Positions 1 to 11,600 of a stretch of DNA of 64,000 bases are shown here, piece by piece (position 1 is the stretch's first letter; each line of letters begins with the position of its first letter). The notes beneath the pieces were generated by a model. That model saw only the letters and a program-made list of their open reading frames with translations. It was not told where the DNA came from and ran no database searches. Position numbers and translations under genes: made by a program. This stretch comes from Thecamonas trahens ATCC 50062 (Eukaryota; Protista; Apusomonadida), in assembly GCF_000142905.1 (NCBI RefSeq), contig NW_013657656.1, forward strand, positions 52,327 through 116,326, written 5' to 3'.

Positions 1-1234
1 TGCTCGGGTGCATATGGAGGCTGTTGACGACAACGCTGTGCGAGTGATGGCAAGCCTCTGTCCGTACCTGACTGCTATCGAGCTGCATGGATGCGACGGC
101 GTGACGAATGCGGGACTCTTGGCGCTGGCTCACGGTGCTGAAATGCTCGAGCGTGTGTCCCTCCCGAGCGGCCGCAACATCACCGCGAAAGGGCTGGCGG
201 CACTCGCGGCCTGCCGCTCGCTGAAGGAGGTCCGGATCTCATGGGCGGAGCACCTTGGTGACGACGCGCTGGAAGCATTGGCAGAGTGCACAAGCTTGAC
301 TACTATCTCGCTCGACGCGTGCACAGGGGTGGGCGATGCCGGCGTAGCAGCGTTGGCGAGCGGCTGCGGCTCGGCGCTAACCTCGATTACGCTCTCCGGG
401 TGCGATCAGGTGGCCGACGGAGGCCTGCAGGCGCTTGCAGACGGATGCCCCCGGTTGACAAGCATTGTGGCGTCATCGTGTCCCAGTGTGACTAGCGCGG
501 GCATCATCGCGCTTGCGGACAGCTGTCCTCAGCTCACAGCAGTCGACGTCTCCGACTGCGAGCGTGTCGGGGACGAGGCGCTGGCGGCACTGGCGATCGG
601 GTGTCCCCGCCTCGAGACGCTGCGAGTGGCGATGTGCCCAAGCGTGAGCGCGGCCGGCCTTCGTAAGGTTGTGGATGGGTGCAGCGCACTGCGAGTGCTG
701 GATGTGACCGACTGCGCGCGGATTGACGACGAGGCGCTGGCGGTTCTGGGTGGGTGCCGCGCGCTCGCGCATCTTGACCTTTCCCGCTGCACACAGATCA
801 CCGGGTCGGGTCTAGCGGCGCTAGCGCACGGCAGCGCTGCGCTCGCCAAGATCAGCCTGGAAGGATGCACCCAGGTGTGCGACGCAGTGCTTGATGTTGT
901 CGCGCGCTCGCTGCCGTCTGTAACCGCGCTCGATCTGACCGACTGCCACCAAGTGACCGACAACGGCGTCGAGGCGCTCGCCAGTGGGTGTCCGGGCCTG
1001 GTGGATGTGAATCTGACGGCGTGCGCCAAGGTGACGGATCAGGGCATCATCTCGGTCGCGGACGGATGCAGCGGGTTGGAGCGGATCTCGTTCCTCCAGT
1101 GTCCGCTCGTGACGGACGCCAGCGTTCGCGCGCTACTGGTTCTGAAGCGGATAACCGTCATTGACGCTCGAGACTCGGGTGTGACGCCCACGATGGAGCT
1201 GCGACTCGAAAACGATGGTCTATGTGCATTGTAG
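1..1234 (+). CDS. Leucine-rich repeat protein, F-box/LRR (FBXL/AMN1-like cysteine-containing LRRs); probably 5'-partial
   Basis: About 15 repeats of ~26 aa (LxxLxLxxCxxVTDxGLxALAxxCPx). The frame is open from the window start; stop at 1232-1234. Confidence 0.85.
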   Translation, partial: ARVHMEAVDDNAVRVMASLCPYLTAIELHGCDGVTNAGLLALAHGAEMLERVSLPSGRNITAKGLAALAACRSLKEVRISWAEHLGDDALEALAECTSLTTISLDACTGVGDAGVAALASGCGSALTSITLSGCDQVADGGLQALADGCPRLTSIVASSCPSVTSAGIIALADSCPQLTAVDVSDCERVGDEALAALAIGCPRLETLRVAMCPSVSAAGLRKVVDGCSALRVLDVTDCARIDDEALAVLGGCRALAHLDLSRCTQITGSGLAALAHGSAALAKISLEGCTQVCDAVLDVVARSLPSVTALDLTDCHQVTDNGVEALASGCPGLVDVNLTACAKVTDQGIISVADGCSGLERISFLQCPLVTDASVRALLVLKRITVIDARDSGVTPTMELRLENDGLCAL

Positions 1235-1296
1235 CGTAGTTAGCGTTGAAAGACTGCCGATCGGCACACTTGTCTTTGAGCCCATTGCTGTCTTTG

Positions 1297-2136
1297 ATGG
1301 ATGCGAGCACGATGACCGACGCTGATGAGCCGCGGCTTGTCTACACTTTGCCCGTGGTCATTGTGGGCGCGGGCGAGCTCAATTTGGAGACGCTGGACCA
1401 GTTCCTGGCAGCGGCCGGAGACGAGCGATGCGGCGCAGTGGACGAGGCGAGCTCGACTCGGCACGGGGAGCGTGTGGCGATTGTGGCTGTAGACGGCGGA
1501 ATGGATGCAATAGCGCAGGCTCGACCTCATCTGGCGGTTGACGCGCTTGTTGGCGATCTGGACTCTGTTTCCGACGCCGCCGAGTGGAAAGCGGCGGGCG
1601 TGCGGGTGGTCGGCTTGACCGAACAGGATACGACCGATTGCCACAAGGTGCTGCGGGTGGTACATGCGCCACTAGCGCTCATGGTCGGGTTCGAGGGGCG
1701 GCGGGTGGATCACTTGCTTGCTGCACTGTCTGCAGTGGCTTCGGCGGAGCAGCGAGCGGTCATGGCTGTCGGAACCGACCTTGCCTTTCGCTTGCCGGCC
1801 GCGGACAGTGGCGAGTCGTTTGCCATCGACCTGCCGCCGACCACCCGGTTCTCGCTCTTTCCGCTCGGCCATGTCGCCGGGCTGGTATCTACGGGCCTAC
1901 AGTGGCCGCTTGATGGGATAGTCTTTGCGCCTGCCGGCATGCTCGGCACCTCGAACGCGGTGGTGGCCGGCTCGGACTCGGTTGGCACCTTGGCCCAGGA
2001 CGACGGCCAGGCGGTCACTGTCCGCATCACCGCGACCGAAGCGACCGGACCAATGCTGGTCATTCTTGGTCTCGCTCACCTCGATGCGGCAATGGTGTCG
2101 CTGATGCGAGCAGGTCGTGAGTGCGATGAAGCATAG
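1297..2136 (+). CDS. thiN: Thiamine pyrophosphokinase (bacterial ThiN-like)
   Basis: Motifs IVAVDGG, LVGDLDSV, EQDTTDCHKVL, GRRVDHLLAAL, FSLFPLG, STGLQWPLDG, GTSNAV. First in-frame ATG at 1297 (alternative 1312). Confidence 0.9.
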   Translation: MDASTMTDADEPRLVYTLPVVIVGAGELNLETLDQFLAAAGDERCGAVDEASSTRHGERVAIVAVDGGMDAIAQARPHLAVDALVGDLDSVSDAAEWKAAGVRVVGLTEQDTTDCHKVLRVVHAPLALMVGFEGRRVDHLLAALSAVASAEQRAVMAVGTDLAFRLPAADSGESFAIDLPPTTRFSLFPLGHVAGLVSTGLQWPLDGIVFAPAGMLGTSNAVVAGSDSVGTLAQDDGQAVTVRITATEATGPMLVILGLAHLDAAMVSLMRAGRECDEA

Positions 2137-2326
2137 TGCGCCGCGGAGTAGCCGCGAGTCGACGGCAGCGAAAGGAGGACATGTTGCTCCAGCGGATCAG
2201 TAGCGGTGCATTTGTGAGTGTGGGGAAGCGGCAGGTTGGTCTTGACCACGTGGAACGCTCGGCTGGGACGAGGGCGGCCGAGTTGGTTGCGCCAAGGTGG
2301 TGTGGGTGAACCAGAGTCGGACGTAA

Positions 2327-2476
2327 GGGTGCATGGATCAAGAGCATCTCCACCCGTGATGGCCCATGTGTGCACGGTGCGGGGCCATGTATCGCTGGCA
2401 GGGGTGCATGGATCAAGAGCATCCACACCCGTGATGGCCCATGTGTGCATAGTGCGGGGCCATGTATCTTTGGCAT
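2327..2476. repeat. Two-copy 75-bp direct tandem repeat, intergenic
   Basis: GGGTGCATGGATCAAGAGCATC...GGCCATGTATC starts at 2327 and again at 2402 with few mismatches. Confidence 0.9.
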
Positions 2477-2863
2477 AATTCGCTGGTCGTGTCCGTTGTG
2501 TGCCCCCTCTTTTTGCGGTTAACGCTAACAAGTGTGACGTCTTGTCCCGATCCAGAAGTGCGACACCGTTGCTCACGGCTCACCAGAGCCTGTGCAACCG
2601 CCCACACTCGACTACCATGCTTTCTTTGTACGTCTGCACCAGCTACCGACTGCGTCTACTGTCTGCGATATCTGCATCGGTCTGTCTCGTCGTTGCTGGT
2701 GTGAGCTGAGGCGTGGGGTTGCCCTCGGCGCGCAAGTCGAGCACGCGCTGCGGCACCTCGCGCTGTTTTCTATTTGCGGCCGACGACACACACGCTCTCT
2801 CACAATCACTCACACGCACCACCATGCTTGCGGCCTGCGGTCTGATACTGGGCCTGTGGTCTG

Positions 2864-4341
2864 ATGTTGGGCGCGGAGGATGACAGGTCGGACGCCGCCT
2901 CGGCAAATTCATCAGATGCAGATGCAAACGTCGACGAGTACGATAACGCCAGATCGGACGACATGCAGTCCGACTCGTCGAGCTTTACCAGCAACGAGTT
3001 TTCGCCAAAATACCCATCGAGTGCGCAAGACTCGGGTCCCGGAACTGGCGTGGTGAGCATGGTTGTCGAGCACTCACAGCCGACTCCGCTGACAGCATCT
3101 TCATGGCCGGAACTGCCACACTCTCCACCGCCACCGCCGCCACCACCACCACCGCCGCCGCCAGCGGCGTTGAGCCCCCAAATCTTGGCGATGCCGCCAC
3201 CGCAGCAAGTTGGGAGCCCTTGGCCGATTGCGTACGAGCGGCATGATGCAAGCGGCAAAGGGAAGGGCAACGTTGGAGCTGGAGGCAGTGGCAGTGGTAG
3301 TGGCAGTGGCAAGGACAAGCGCAAGCGTATGCGAAAGGGCAAGAACAAGAGCAAGCGCGGTCAAGAGCAGAAGCAGAAGCATGCACGCGACGCCGATGCC
3401 GATGCCGAGGCGGGTGATCGCAGAAGCGTTCCGCACGTACCATCCGCGATGGCGGCGGATCCGGCTGCGATGGCGGCGAAGCCGATCGCAGCTAGCGCGT
3501 TCGTCATGGTCGAGCCAGCAGCTGTAGCAGCTGCAGCAGCGTCAACGGCATCAGACGCGTCCTCGTCTGACGAGTCGACATCGTCGGAGAAGCCCCCGCG
3601 CAAGCGCACACGGAAGTCGGTGACATCGCGGCGCACTTCAGTACGGCTACGGTGGGGGACGCGCAATGCGCAGGCACAGAAAAGAGATGAAGCACACGAG
3701 CGTGCGGAGCGGGCGGCATTGCGGGCGGCGTCGAAGGAAACTGCCACGCGCAAGGGCCGCTCCCGCCGGCGGGCGCCGACAAAGCCCCGGCGTCGAGTGG
3801 CACACGTTGAGAAGGATGCGGCGACAGCGCAGGCGCACATGCACCTTCTGAGCGAGATTGCGGGGCCGTACTTTGGCGATTGCGGGCTGGTGCCCGGCGT
3901 CGAGATTGCACCCGCGCAGTCGCAGGGCGGGGAGCGGCCGCGTCAGCGATCGCCCATCCCATACCCACCTGCCCAGGCTGCCGCCGATGACGATGCTGAG
4001 GAGAGTGATCGGGCGTTGTCGGCCACCAGCGACGCCGTCACCAGTGGCGAGACGAGCGATGGCGATGCCGCCGCGTCATCGTCGGCATCCGCTGAACTGA
4101 CTACCGGCGCGCCGCTGCCTCAACCCCCGCCCAGGCCTTCACGGGCCTGGGCGACATGTGCCTCCAGACTCGGTCCGATGGACAAGGGGTGATCGGACTC
4201 AGCCAGTTCCACATTGCCCCACATCTAGTGCCCAACCTCTCTGTCCCGTTCACGCTCGAGTTCTCTGCGAGCTACCCCAGCGGCCAGCCAGCGTTCTCGT
4301 ACCGGATCAGCACGCATCCGGCCGCCCACCCCGCGCCCTAA
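2864..4341 (+). CDS. Hypothetical low-complexity protein (Pro-rich, basic NLS-like tracts); probable frameshift near 4124-4128
   Basis: ORF 2864-4192. One extra C in the C5 run at 4124-4128 joins it to a frame ending at 4341 (AQAFTGLGDMCLQ...FTLEFSASYP...). Confidence 0.55.
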
Positions 4342-4522
4342 TCCGTGATTCCTCTAGCGCCGATCCCCCTCCACTCCATCTCCCACGCGCCATCCCCCCA
4401 ATCCCCCCCGGATGAACCAAAGACACCAAACCACCAGTGACCGACGCCAGTGACACGCCCACGCCCGACAGCCACGCCCACGCCCACGCCCACGCCCACC
4501 CCTCCCCCCTACCTCCCCGGAC

Positions 4523-5619
4523 ATGTATCTGGCCCTCCTCGCTCTTCCTACCACATCCCCTCTGCTTGTGGTCACCCTCATCATTGTCGGCTACCTCTTC
4601 TCCGTCCGCTACTTTCGGTACACCTGGCAGCGTGAGACCGAGGACATGCCACTCGCACGGTATCGGGCCATGGGTCGACTGGTGGCGCTGTATGACATGC
4701 CCACCATTTCCCGAACTGCATCCACCTTTGGCTTTTTTATACCTACGCCGTTCCGTCCATTGCAACGCTGCTCAATGCCACAGCTGAGTTCAAGATCAAT
4801 GGACAGAAGCGGTATGACGATACGGAGCTGCTGCTGGCTGAAATGGTTGAGCGATGCGTGGAGGTTGGTCGATCAGAGGCTGCTATCGCCAGGCTCAACG
4901 TCATCCACGGCGCGTACAACATCTCTGATGATGACTACTTGTTCACGCTGACTTTGTTTGTCGTCCCGGCTGTGCAATGGGTTGCGCGATGGGGCTGGCG
5001 CCCCTTTACCGCTAAAGAGGCCGATGCCATCGCGCTGGCCTGGTCCGAGCTCGGCGCCAACATGGGCATGCCTGCTCATCGCCTCCCGCTCGACTACGCG
5101 GGTTACCTTCAGATGTTCAACGAGTACACGTCGCCAGACTCGCCCCACTACCGCATCCGCCCGTCAGCAGCCGGCGCCGCTGTCACCCGCGACTCGCTCG
5201 AGACTGTCTACACTTGGGTGCCAGCAGCGGTTGTCCCGCTCCTCCGCCCAGCCCTCACCTGGCTCATCCGCGGCTGCCTGCCAAGCGACGTCACGGCCGC
5301 CATTGGCCTCGCTCCGGCGGGCCCAACGCATCGCGCGCTCATATCGGGCTTCCTGCACCTCCGCGCCTTTATCATCCGCCACGCTTGTCTGCCGCGTCCG
5401 TCGTGGTGGCCGTACGTGGTGACCAGTGGTAAGGTGCTGCCGTCAGGCGCACGCGCTGCCCCGTGCTCGAGGTCCTACCGCGCTACCGGCTACTGCATCG
5501 GATCGCTGGGCCCGGCCAAGTTTGCAGCGGCTCCAACGTCCGAGGCGCATCCACCGACTATCCACGCCGCCAATGTGGCGGCGTGGATGGCCCGCCGCGA
5601 CGCACACTACGGCTGGTGA
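4523..5619 (+). CDS. ER-bound oxygenase MpaB'/DUF2236 family protein with N-terminal TM anchor; frameshift at T6 4733-4738
   Basis: After a -1 shift the protein reads TYAVPSIATLLNATAEF..KRYDDTELLLAE..AIARLNVIHGAYNISDDDYLFTL..WVARWGWRPFT..W.ELGANMGM, typical of this family. Confidence 0.8.
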
Positions 5620-6557
5620 CTCTGGCTCTCGACCGCTGCCGTCGTCATGGTGTGGATTCGCTGCTTGAGGTGCGCAAGGTCGTTGAGCGCGGCTTCGGTA
5701 CGCTGCAGCGAGCCAAGGGTCTCGACCTCGCGCGCCCGCGACGCCGCGAGCTCCTCGCGCAGCGACACGATCTCGTCCTGCGCCGACTTGAGCAGCTGCC
5801 GCAGCTCGTCGCGCTCCTCGCTCACCACCCGCTGCCGTGCCTCGAGTGCGCGCAGCTCGGCTGCGAGCTCATCGCGAGCCTGCATCACAGACGCCGCATT
5901 TGCTTGCGCTGCCTCGCGCTCGGCCCGCGCTGCCTTGACCTCATCGTTGGCGGCGTCGATCCCGGCCTGGCACCGCTGCACTTCGGCCTGCGCCCGCACC
6001 ATGGCGGCCTCGGTCTCGGCCACCCGTGCCTGGGCCACGTCCTTGACATTCTCCGCGTCAGCTACAACGGTAGCCACTTTGTCCGCAGCCTCCTCCGCCG
6101 CGGCCTCTGCGGTTGTGGCCCGCGCCTGCGCGGAGGCCTCGCCGTCGCGCGCCACTGCGGCCTCCTCGCGCGCAGCGGCTGCCTCGCGCCGTGCCGCCGC
6201 AGCCTCTTCGCGCGCTCGCGACGCCTCCACCTGCGCCTTCACCGCCGCATCCTCGGCTGCCTCGGCCGCCTGCCGCAGCGCGAGCACGTCGGCCGAGAGG
6301 ACCTTGACCCGCTCCGACGCCGCCGCCGCAATGGCGTCCGCCTCGGCCAGCGCCGTCGACCTCAGCGCCAGCAGCTCGCGCGCATGTGCCAGCTCGTGCC
6401 GCAGACCCATGGTCGCACCCATCGCCTCTTCTGCCACCACATCGCCCATCGTCCGCCTAGGCGACAGCGAGCCCAGCCGCAGCGGCGACCGAACCGCCGA
6501 TGACCGGCGACTCGTCTCGGTCTCCAAGCTATCCCGCGTGCCCGACCACTCTGCCAT
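5607..6557 (-). CDS. Ala/Glu-rich coiled-coil protein
   Basis: 316-aa ORF with continuous heptad-like composition. Its stop overlaps the 3' end of the convergent oxygenase gene. Confidence 0.7.
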   Translation of the reverse strand: MAEWSGTRDSLETETSRRSSAVRSPLRLGSLSPRRTMGDVVAEEAMGATMGLRHELAHARELLALRSTALAEADAIAAAASERVKVLSADVLALRQAAEAAEDAAVKAQVEASRAREEAAAARREAAAAREEAAVARDGEASAQARATTAEAAAEEAADKVATVVADAENVKDVAQARVAETEAAMVRAQAEVQRCQAGIDAANDEVKAARAEREAAQANAASVMQARDELAAELRALEARQRVVSEERDELRQLLKSAQDEIVSLREELAASRAREVETLGSLQRTEAALNDLAHLKQRIHTMTTAAVESQSHQP

Positions 6558-6869
6558 ACCGCCGATGCTAGCACCCCAGTCAGAGAGATGCCAGATCAGT
6601 GACCAGTACCACTATGACCACCGGTTGAGCCGCAGATAACGACCGAGAAAGAGACCACACCCGCCAGTGCCGCCAGTGCCCGTCGGTCACCAGTCAGTCA
6701 CCACCGCCGCCTGTCTGCTGTCACAGCCAAACCACAGTCGAGTCTCACCCGAGCAAAAGACCTACGCGTAGCAAGCGAAAAGACCTCCCACCGATAGCCA
6801 ACAGAGCCACTATCCACAAACCTGGTTACGGTTTGGGTCAAGTGTCTGTCCCAGCACTTGGCCCCCCCT

Positions 6870-7010
6870 CACCCCCGCCCGCCCGCCACCAGCCGGCCAC
6901 CCGCCACTAGTCACCGGTCACCCGCCCGCCACCCGCCGGCCGGCCGCCCGCCACAAGCCACCGGTCACCAGTCACCCGTCCGGTCACCGGTCACCGGTCA
7001 CCGACCAACC
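6870..7010. repeat. Degenerate CCGGTCA/CCCGCCA short repeats in a divergent intergenic region
   Basis: Repeated ccggtcac units, e.g. 6979-7002, between head-to-head genes starting at 6557(-) and 7072(+). Confidence 0.6.
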
Positions 7011-7071
7011 CAGCTGACCCGCCCACCCCACGCCTCACCCCCCTCCATCTCCTCCATCCCCCATCACCCCC

Positions 7072-8670
7072 ATGGACAACCTCCCGCCCCACCTCAGCCG
7101 CCACATCTCCTCCACCCCCCCCGCCACCCTCTACACCATCGGCCGAAAAGTTGGCGAGGGTGCCACAGGCGCCGTCTATGCTGCAAGCCCCTCTTCCCCG
7201 TCCCTGCCAACCATGGGCAAGAGCCACACAGAGTCCTCGCTGGAGGTCGGCGAGGGCGAGGCCGAGGACAAGGCGGATATGGTGGCAGTCAAAATTGTGC
7301 CGCTCAACTCGCCCGATGCCCTCGTCTCGCTCACCAACGAATTGGAGCTGTTGCACTCGCTCGAGCCGCACTCCTCGCTCCTTGCTTACCACGCCGCACA
7401 TCTCAATCCAAGGGACTCGTCGCTCTGGCTGGTCATGGATCTCTGTCCCGGCGGCTCGCTCGCTGCTGCGCTCGACCTCTTCCGTGGCTGCCACCGGGAG
7501 CTCTTCACCGAGCCGGTCATCGCCGCCATCATGGTCCAGCTCCTCTCGGCCCTCGACCACCTACATCGGGCTGGCTGCATCCATCGCGATGTCAAGGCCG
7601 ACAACATCCTTCTCGCTGCAGACGGCTCCATCAAGCTGGCCGACTTTGGCGTTGCCGCCACACTCAGCCCAGACCTCCCCACCCGCGCCACCTTTACCGG
7701 TACTCCCTACTGGATGGCTCCCGAGCTTATCACCGAGGAGCCGTACGCCGCACCCGTCGACATCTGGGCCGCCGCCATCACCGCCATCGAGCTCGCCGAC
7801 GGCGCGCCACCACACGCCTCAACCAACCCCATGCGCGCCCTCTTCCTCATCCCCCATCTTCCGCCGCCCACGCTCGCAAACCCAGACGGGTTCTCCGCCG
7901 ACTTTGTCGACTTTCTCGCCACTGCCCTCATCCTAAACCCGGCCCATCGACCGTCCGCCGCGTCTCTCCTTGACCACCCGTTCATTGCCTCTGCTCCGCC
8001 GCGCTCTGCTCTCCTCCCCCTCTACGCCCGTGTCATCGCGGCGCGCAACGCGGCCGCAGATGCCACCGCCGCGCAGCTGCGTGCACTCCTCGATGCCCGC
8101 CCACAGCATCCTGCCGCGGCCAGACCCCAAGCCACGCCTCTTTCTGCGCCACCGCCGCCGCAACTTCCCGCACCGGCTACCAGCATCCAGGAGCGGCTGC
8201 TCGACGAGAACGACGAGCTCCGTGCCCGCCTCCTCGCCGCTTCCCGCGAGATCGAGACCCACAAGGCGGCTGCTGCCGCCGCCGCTGTTCAGGTCTCCGA
8301 CCTCCGCACCCGCCTTGCCGACTCGGCCGCTTCGTCTGCCACCGTCATCGCCGACCTCCGCACTCGTCTCGAGTCGCTCGCAGCCTCTACGGCCACCGCC
8401 GCCACCGTCGCTGCGCTCACTGCCGAGCGCGACGCCCTAGCTGCTGAGCGCGACGCCGCCCTTGCCGAGCGGAATGCCGCCCGCGCCGACGCCGCCGCTG
8501 CCCACGACGCCCTTCGCGCTGTCGCCGCCCATCCGCCGCCTCTCCACCCAAACCCGACGCGCGGCGAGCTCTCCGCCTTTGCGACTGCGTACGCCTCCGC
8601 CACTGCCCTACTCCACACATCGCTCGTCAAGCGCACAGCCGCACTCGAAGATCTCATCGCATCGATGTAA
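7072..8670 (+). CDS. STE20-family (GCK/MST-like) Ser/Thr kinase with C-terminal coiled coil
   Basis: VGEGATGAVY, VAVKIV, HRDVKADN, KLADFG, GTPYWMAPELI, TAIELADGAPP, NPMRALFLIP. Confidence 0.92.
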   Translation: MDNLPPHLSRHISSTPPATLYTIGRKVGEGATGAVYAASPSSPSLPTMGKSHTESSLEVGEGEAEDKADMVAVKIVPLNSPDALVSLTNELELLHSLEPHSSLLAYHAAHLNPRDSSLWLVMDLCPGGSLAAALDLFRGCHRELFTEPVIAAIMVQLLSALDHLHRAGCIHRDVKADNILLAADGSIKLADFGVAATLSPDLPTRATFTGTPYWMAPELITEEPYAAPVDIWAAAITAIELADGAPPHASTNPMRALFLIPHLPPPTLANPDGFSADFVDFLATALILNPAHRPSAASLLDHPFIASAPPRSALLPLYARVIAARNAAADATAAQLRALLDARPQHPAAARPQATPLSAPPPPQLPAPATSIQERLLDENDELRARLLAASREIETHKAAAAAAAVQVSDLRTRLADSAASSATVIADLRTRLESLAASTATAATVAALTAERDALAAERDAALAERNAARADAAAAHDALRAVAAHPPPLHPNPTRGELSAFATAYASATALLHTSLVKRTAALEDLIASM

Positions 8671-8676
8671 ACTACT

Positions 8677-11600
8677 TTACTCAGTCCGGAGGCACACCCC
8701 GCGCATCCGCCAGAAGCTCTCGTCGCCCGAAATTGGAAGCGCCATGTCGATGATGACCCGGCTCGTGTCGCCACAGTACAGCGGCGCCGCGTACACCAAC
8801 CGATCCCTGGATAGCTGGCCCACATCCACAGGCCGGACCCACACCACTGGCATGCTATTGCCGACCGCGTGCCCGGACGGCTCTACAAGCACCTTCTGCC
8901 CGCCGTCCCACGCCGCGTTCTCAAGAACAAGGTTGCCCACGTACACTCCCACAGGCGGGTGCTCCCGCGGAATCACTCCCGCCCGCTGGACCACAAAGTC
9001 AAATCCAAACGCATGCAGCGGCGCGTCGGAACCAGACGTGCGCGTCGCGACCACAAGCAGCCGCGCAAGAAGCTTCTTCGGCGCATGGAGCAGTCCCAAG
9101 TTGACGACTACAGGGAGCCCGTGCTGTCGCCAGTTGCTCATCTGCGCCACCTTGCGCCGCATCTGGTCCAGCCACCGCCAGAGCGGCAGCCCGTCCGCAC
9201 CACTCGCCCATCCGTCGGGCACTCGCCCGTCCATCAAGCTCAGCCACTGTGAGTACAACGCTGCGTCGAGCTCCCGCCGTCCGCGCACAACGTCCAGCAG
9301 TCTGCCCAACCCGACATGCATGGCATTGAGGACAGCGCCCAGCGCTGCAGCCTCGGTCTCGAGAACGTGGTCGAACATCGGCTGCGAGAACGAGCCCCGA
9401 GGCGGGAGCTCTACAGGTACTGCGCTCTGTACACGCTGAACCAGTGTGGTGAGCTCGTTGATAGTGCACAGGTGCCGCCCCACGCAAGCAACGCGCCATC
9501 CGCGGTGCTCGTCCACCACCGGCGCTATCCGCTCGCGCACAACCACCGGCAGCCGAAGCTCCGCCAGCCGCACCGCAAGCTTGTTCCGAAGGCCGAGCAC
9601 GTCAAGCGGCACCACTTCCGGGAACGCACGCCGGATGTACAACACGTGGTACGCCAGCGAGCCAAACGGCGGCGGGTGCATGTTGTGGTTCGAGGCAGAG
9701 AGCGCGTGCTTCTCGTCGAAGAGAAACTCGCCCAGGCATGCCTCCATCACAAGCTCGAGCACCGCGCTGTCCACCCCGTGCACCGTGCTCACCATCACCG
9801 CGCTCACCATGCTCCGCAGCTCACTAAAAGGCACAAACGCCCCGGCTTGCTCGTCCTCGGCTTCGTGATGCGGAAGGCTCGCCAGCCGCTCGCGGAGCCA
9901 GGCCACCACCGCAGCCACTCGGCCCTCGCTCAACTCGACAGCGTCCACAAACCCGTGAGGCGCGCCCATGCCGCGCCGGACGCACACATGGGCCACAGCA
10001 AGAGCAAGCCCAAACAGCACTCGCCGAAGCACTCGCGGGAGACTCCCTCCGACGCTCGCCACAAGCCGCGAGTACGTCGCATACTGCACAAGTAGTGCTC
10101 GCTTCAGCTGCCGCGGCCAGTCTACACGGACAACGTCGGCCACGCGCACAATCTCGCCAGGCACCTCGCTGGCATCGTCGGCAACCACAACAATCCGTCC
10201 GTATGGCGCCTTCTTGCGCAGCCAGCCCACCCGCCGCCCGCCAGATGGACCGCCCACAACTTGCGCCGCACACTGCAGCACCCGACCACAAGCCTCGCTC
10301 GCCGCAAACACAACCAGCCACGATCCACGCTCGAGCTCGTCGCGCATCTCGTTGACGTCAATGTCGGCTTCGCTCCCGCTCGCAACAAACACCAGCCGTG
10401 CCTTGTTGGCGCCCTCGCGCTCAAGCACGGTCTCGCGCCACCAGCGCGCCACCCACGTTTCCACCTGCCGCCCGGCCTCGCGCACAAGCACCGTCACCAG
10501 CGCCTCTCGCTTGCCAACCTCGTCGACACTGACAATGCCCAGTGAGCTAAAGTGCACGCCGAGCGCGCTCTTCACCACTTGCCGCATAGCAGTCTCCAGC
10601 ACATCCGGTCGCACCAACCGGACCAGCACGCACCGCCGCAGAGGCGAGAGCCGCTCCACAATCGACGGCGTCGAGGTTGAGGCCGAAAGCGGCGCCGACG
10701 AGTGAATAAACGTGTACCACACCTCAATGTCGCGGACGACAGAGCGAAGCAGTCCGTCAAACGCGCCCACATCAGCCTCAAGCTTTCCGAGCATGTTCCA
10801 GAGCTCAGCAGTGAGCCAAGACTCGCGCGGCTTGCTCGGTACACCACTGCCGGTAGACAGCACCGCCGCCTCGACCTTGACATCTTCAAGCGCCTGTGCG
10901 CCGTCGACCAGCACCCGCCACTCGGTCGCACTCAGCTTCTCGGCATCGGTCTGGTCGCTTGCCTCCGCTGCCGCGAAGAATGCCAGCGATAGCCCAGCAT
11001 CCTCCGGCAGTGACTGCATCAAAGCGTCAAACACCATCTTCGGCAGTTGCGCCACCGGCGTCTCGCCGTTGCTGGCCACTATCGCACTTGCCGCGCTGGT
11101 CACAGCACTACTCAGCCTCTCAAGCCCAACAACAGCAGGCTGCAGCCGCGACGCGCCACGCCACAGTCCAGCCACCGCCGCAACCTCTGCCGCCACAGAC
11201 TCGCGCGCCAGCGCCACCAGCCGCCGCAGCCGCACCTCGAGCTTTAGCACCGTTGCCGTCGCAGACGCAAACGTCTCCATCGACAGAGCAAGGCCCGAGA
11301 GCGCCTCGTTGTCATCCACAAGCGTCGTCTGCTTGCTCACAAACTTCTCCGTCAACAGCATCTCGACTGCATCGCTATACAGCGAGCTCACCAGGTGCGA
11401 CTCGGACGCCAGTCGCGTCGCTATGTCGCTCACCTGCTTTGCCAGTGCCGGCTTGATCTGCTGTGTCACCATCGCCACCGCGTGCGCTTCGCCCACGCTT
11501 GGCGGCGCGGCAAAGGTGACCACATGTACCGACCCGGCGAGCACGTCGGGCACCTCTATCTCGCGCTCACGAGAGACGAGGAAGAGCCGGAAGCCGCGCC

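Noticed and set aside
4730-4741. HIV-type U UUU UUA slippery site in the oxygenase gene
   Set aside because: In the zero frame the codons are GGC UUU UUU AUA, so the heptamer is out of phase; a homopolymer under-call is simpler.
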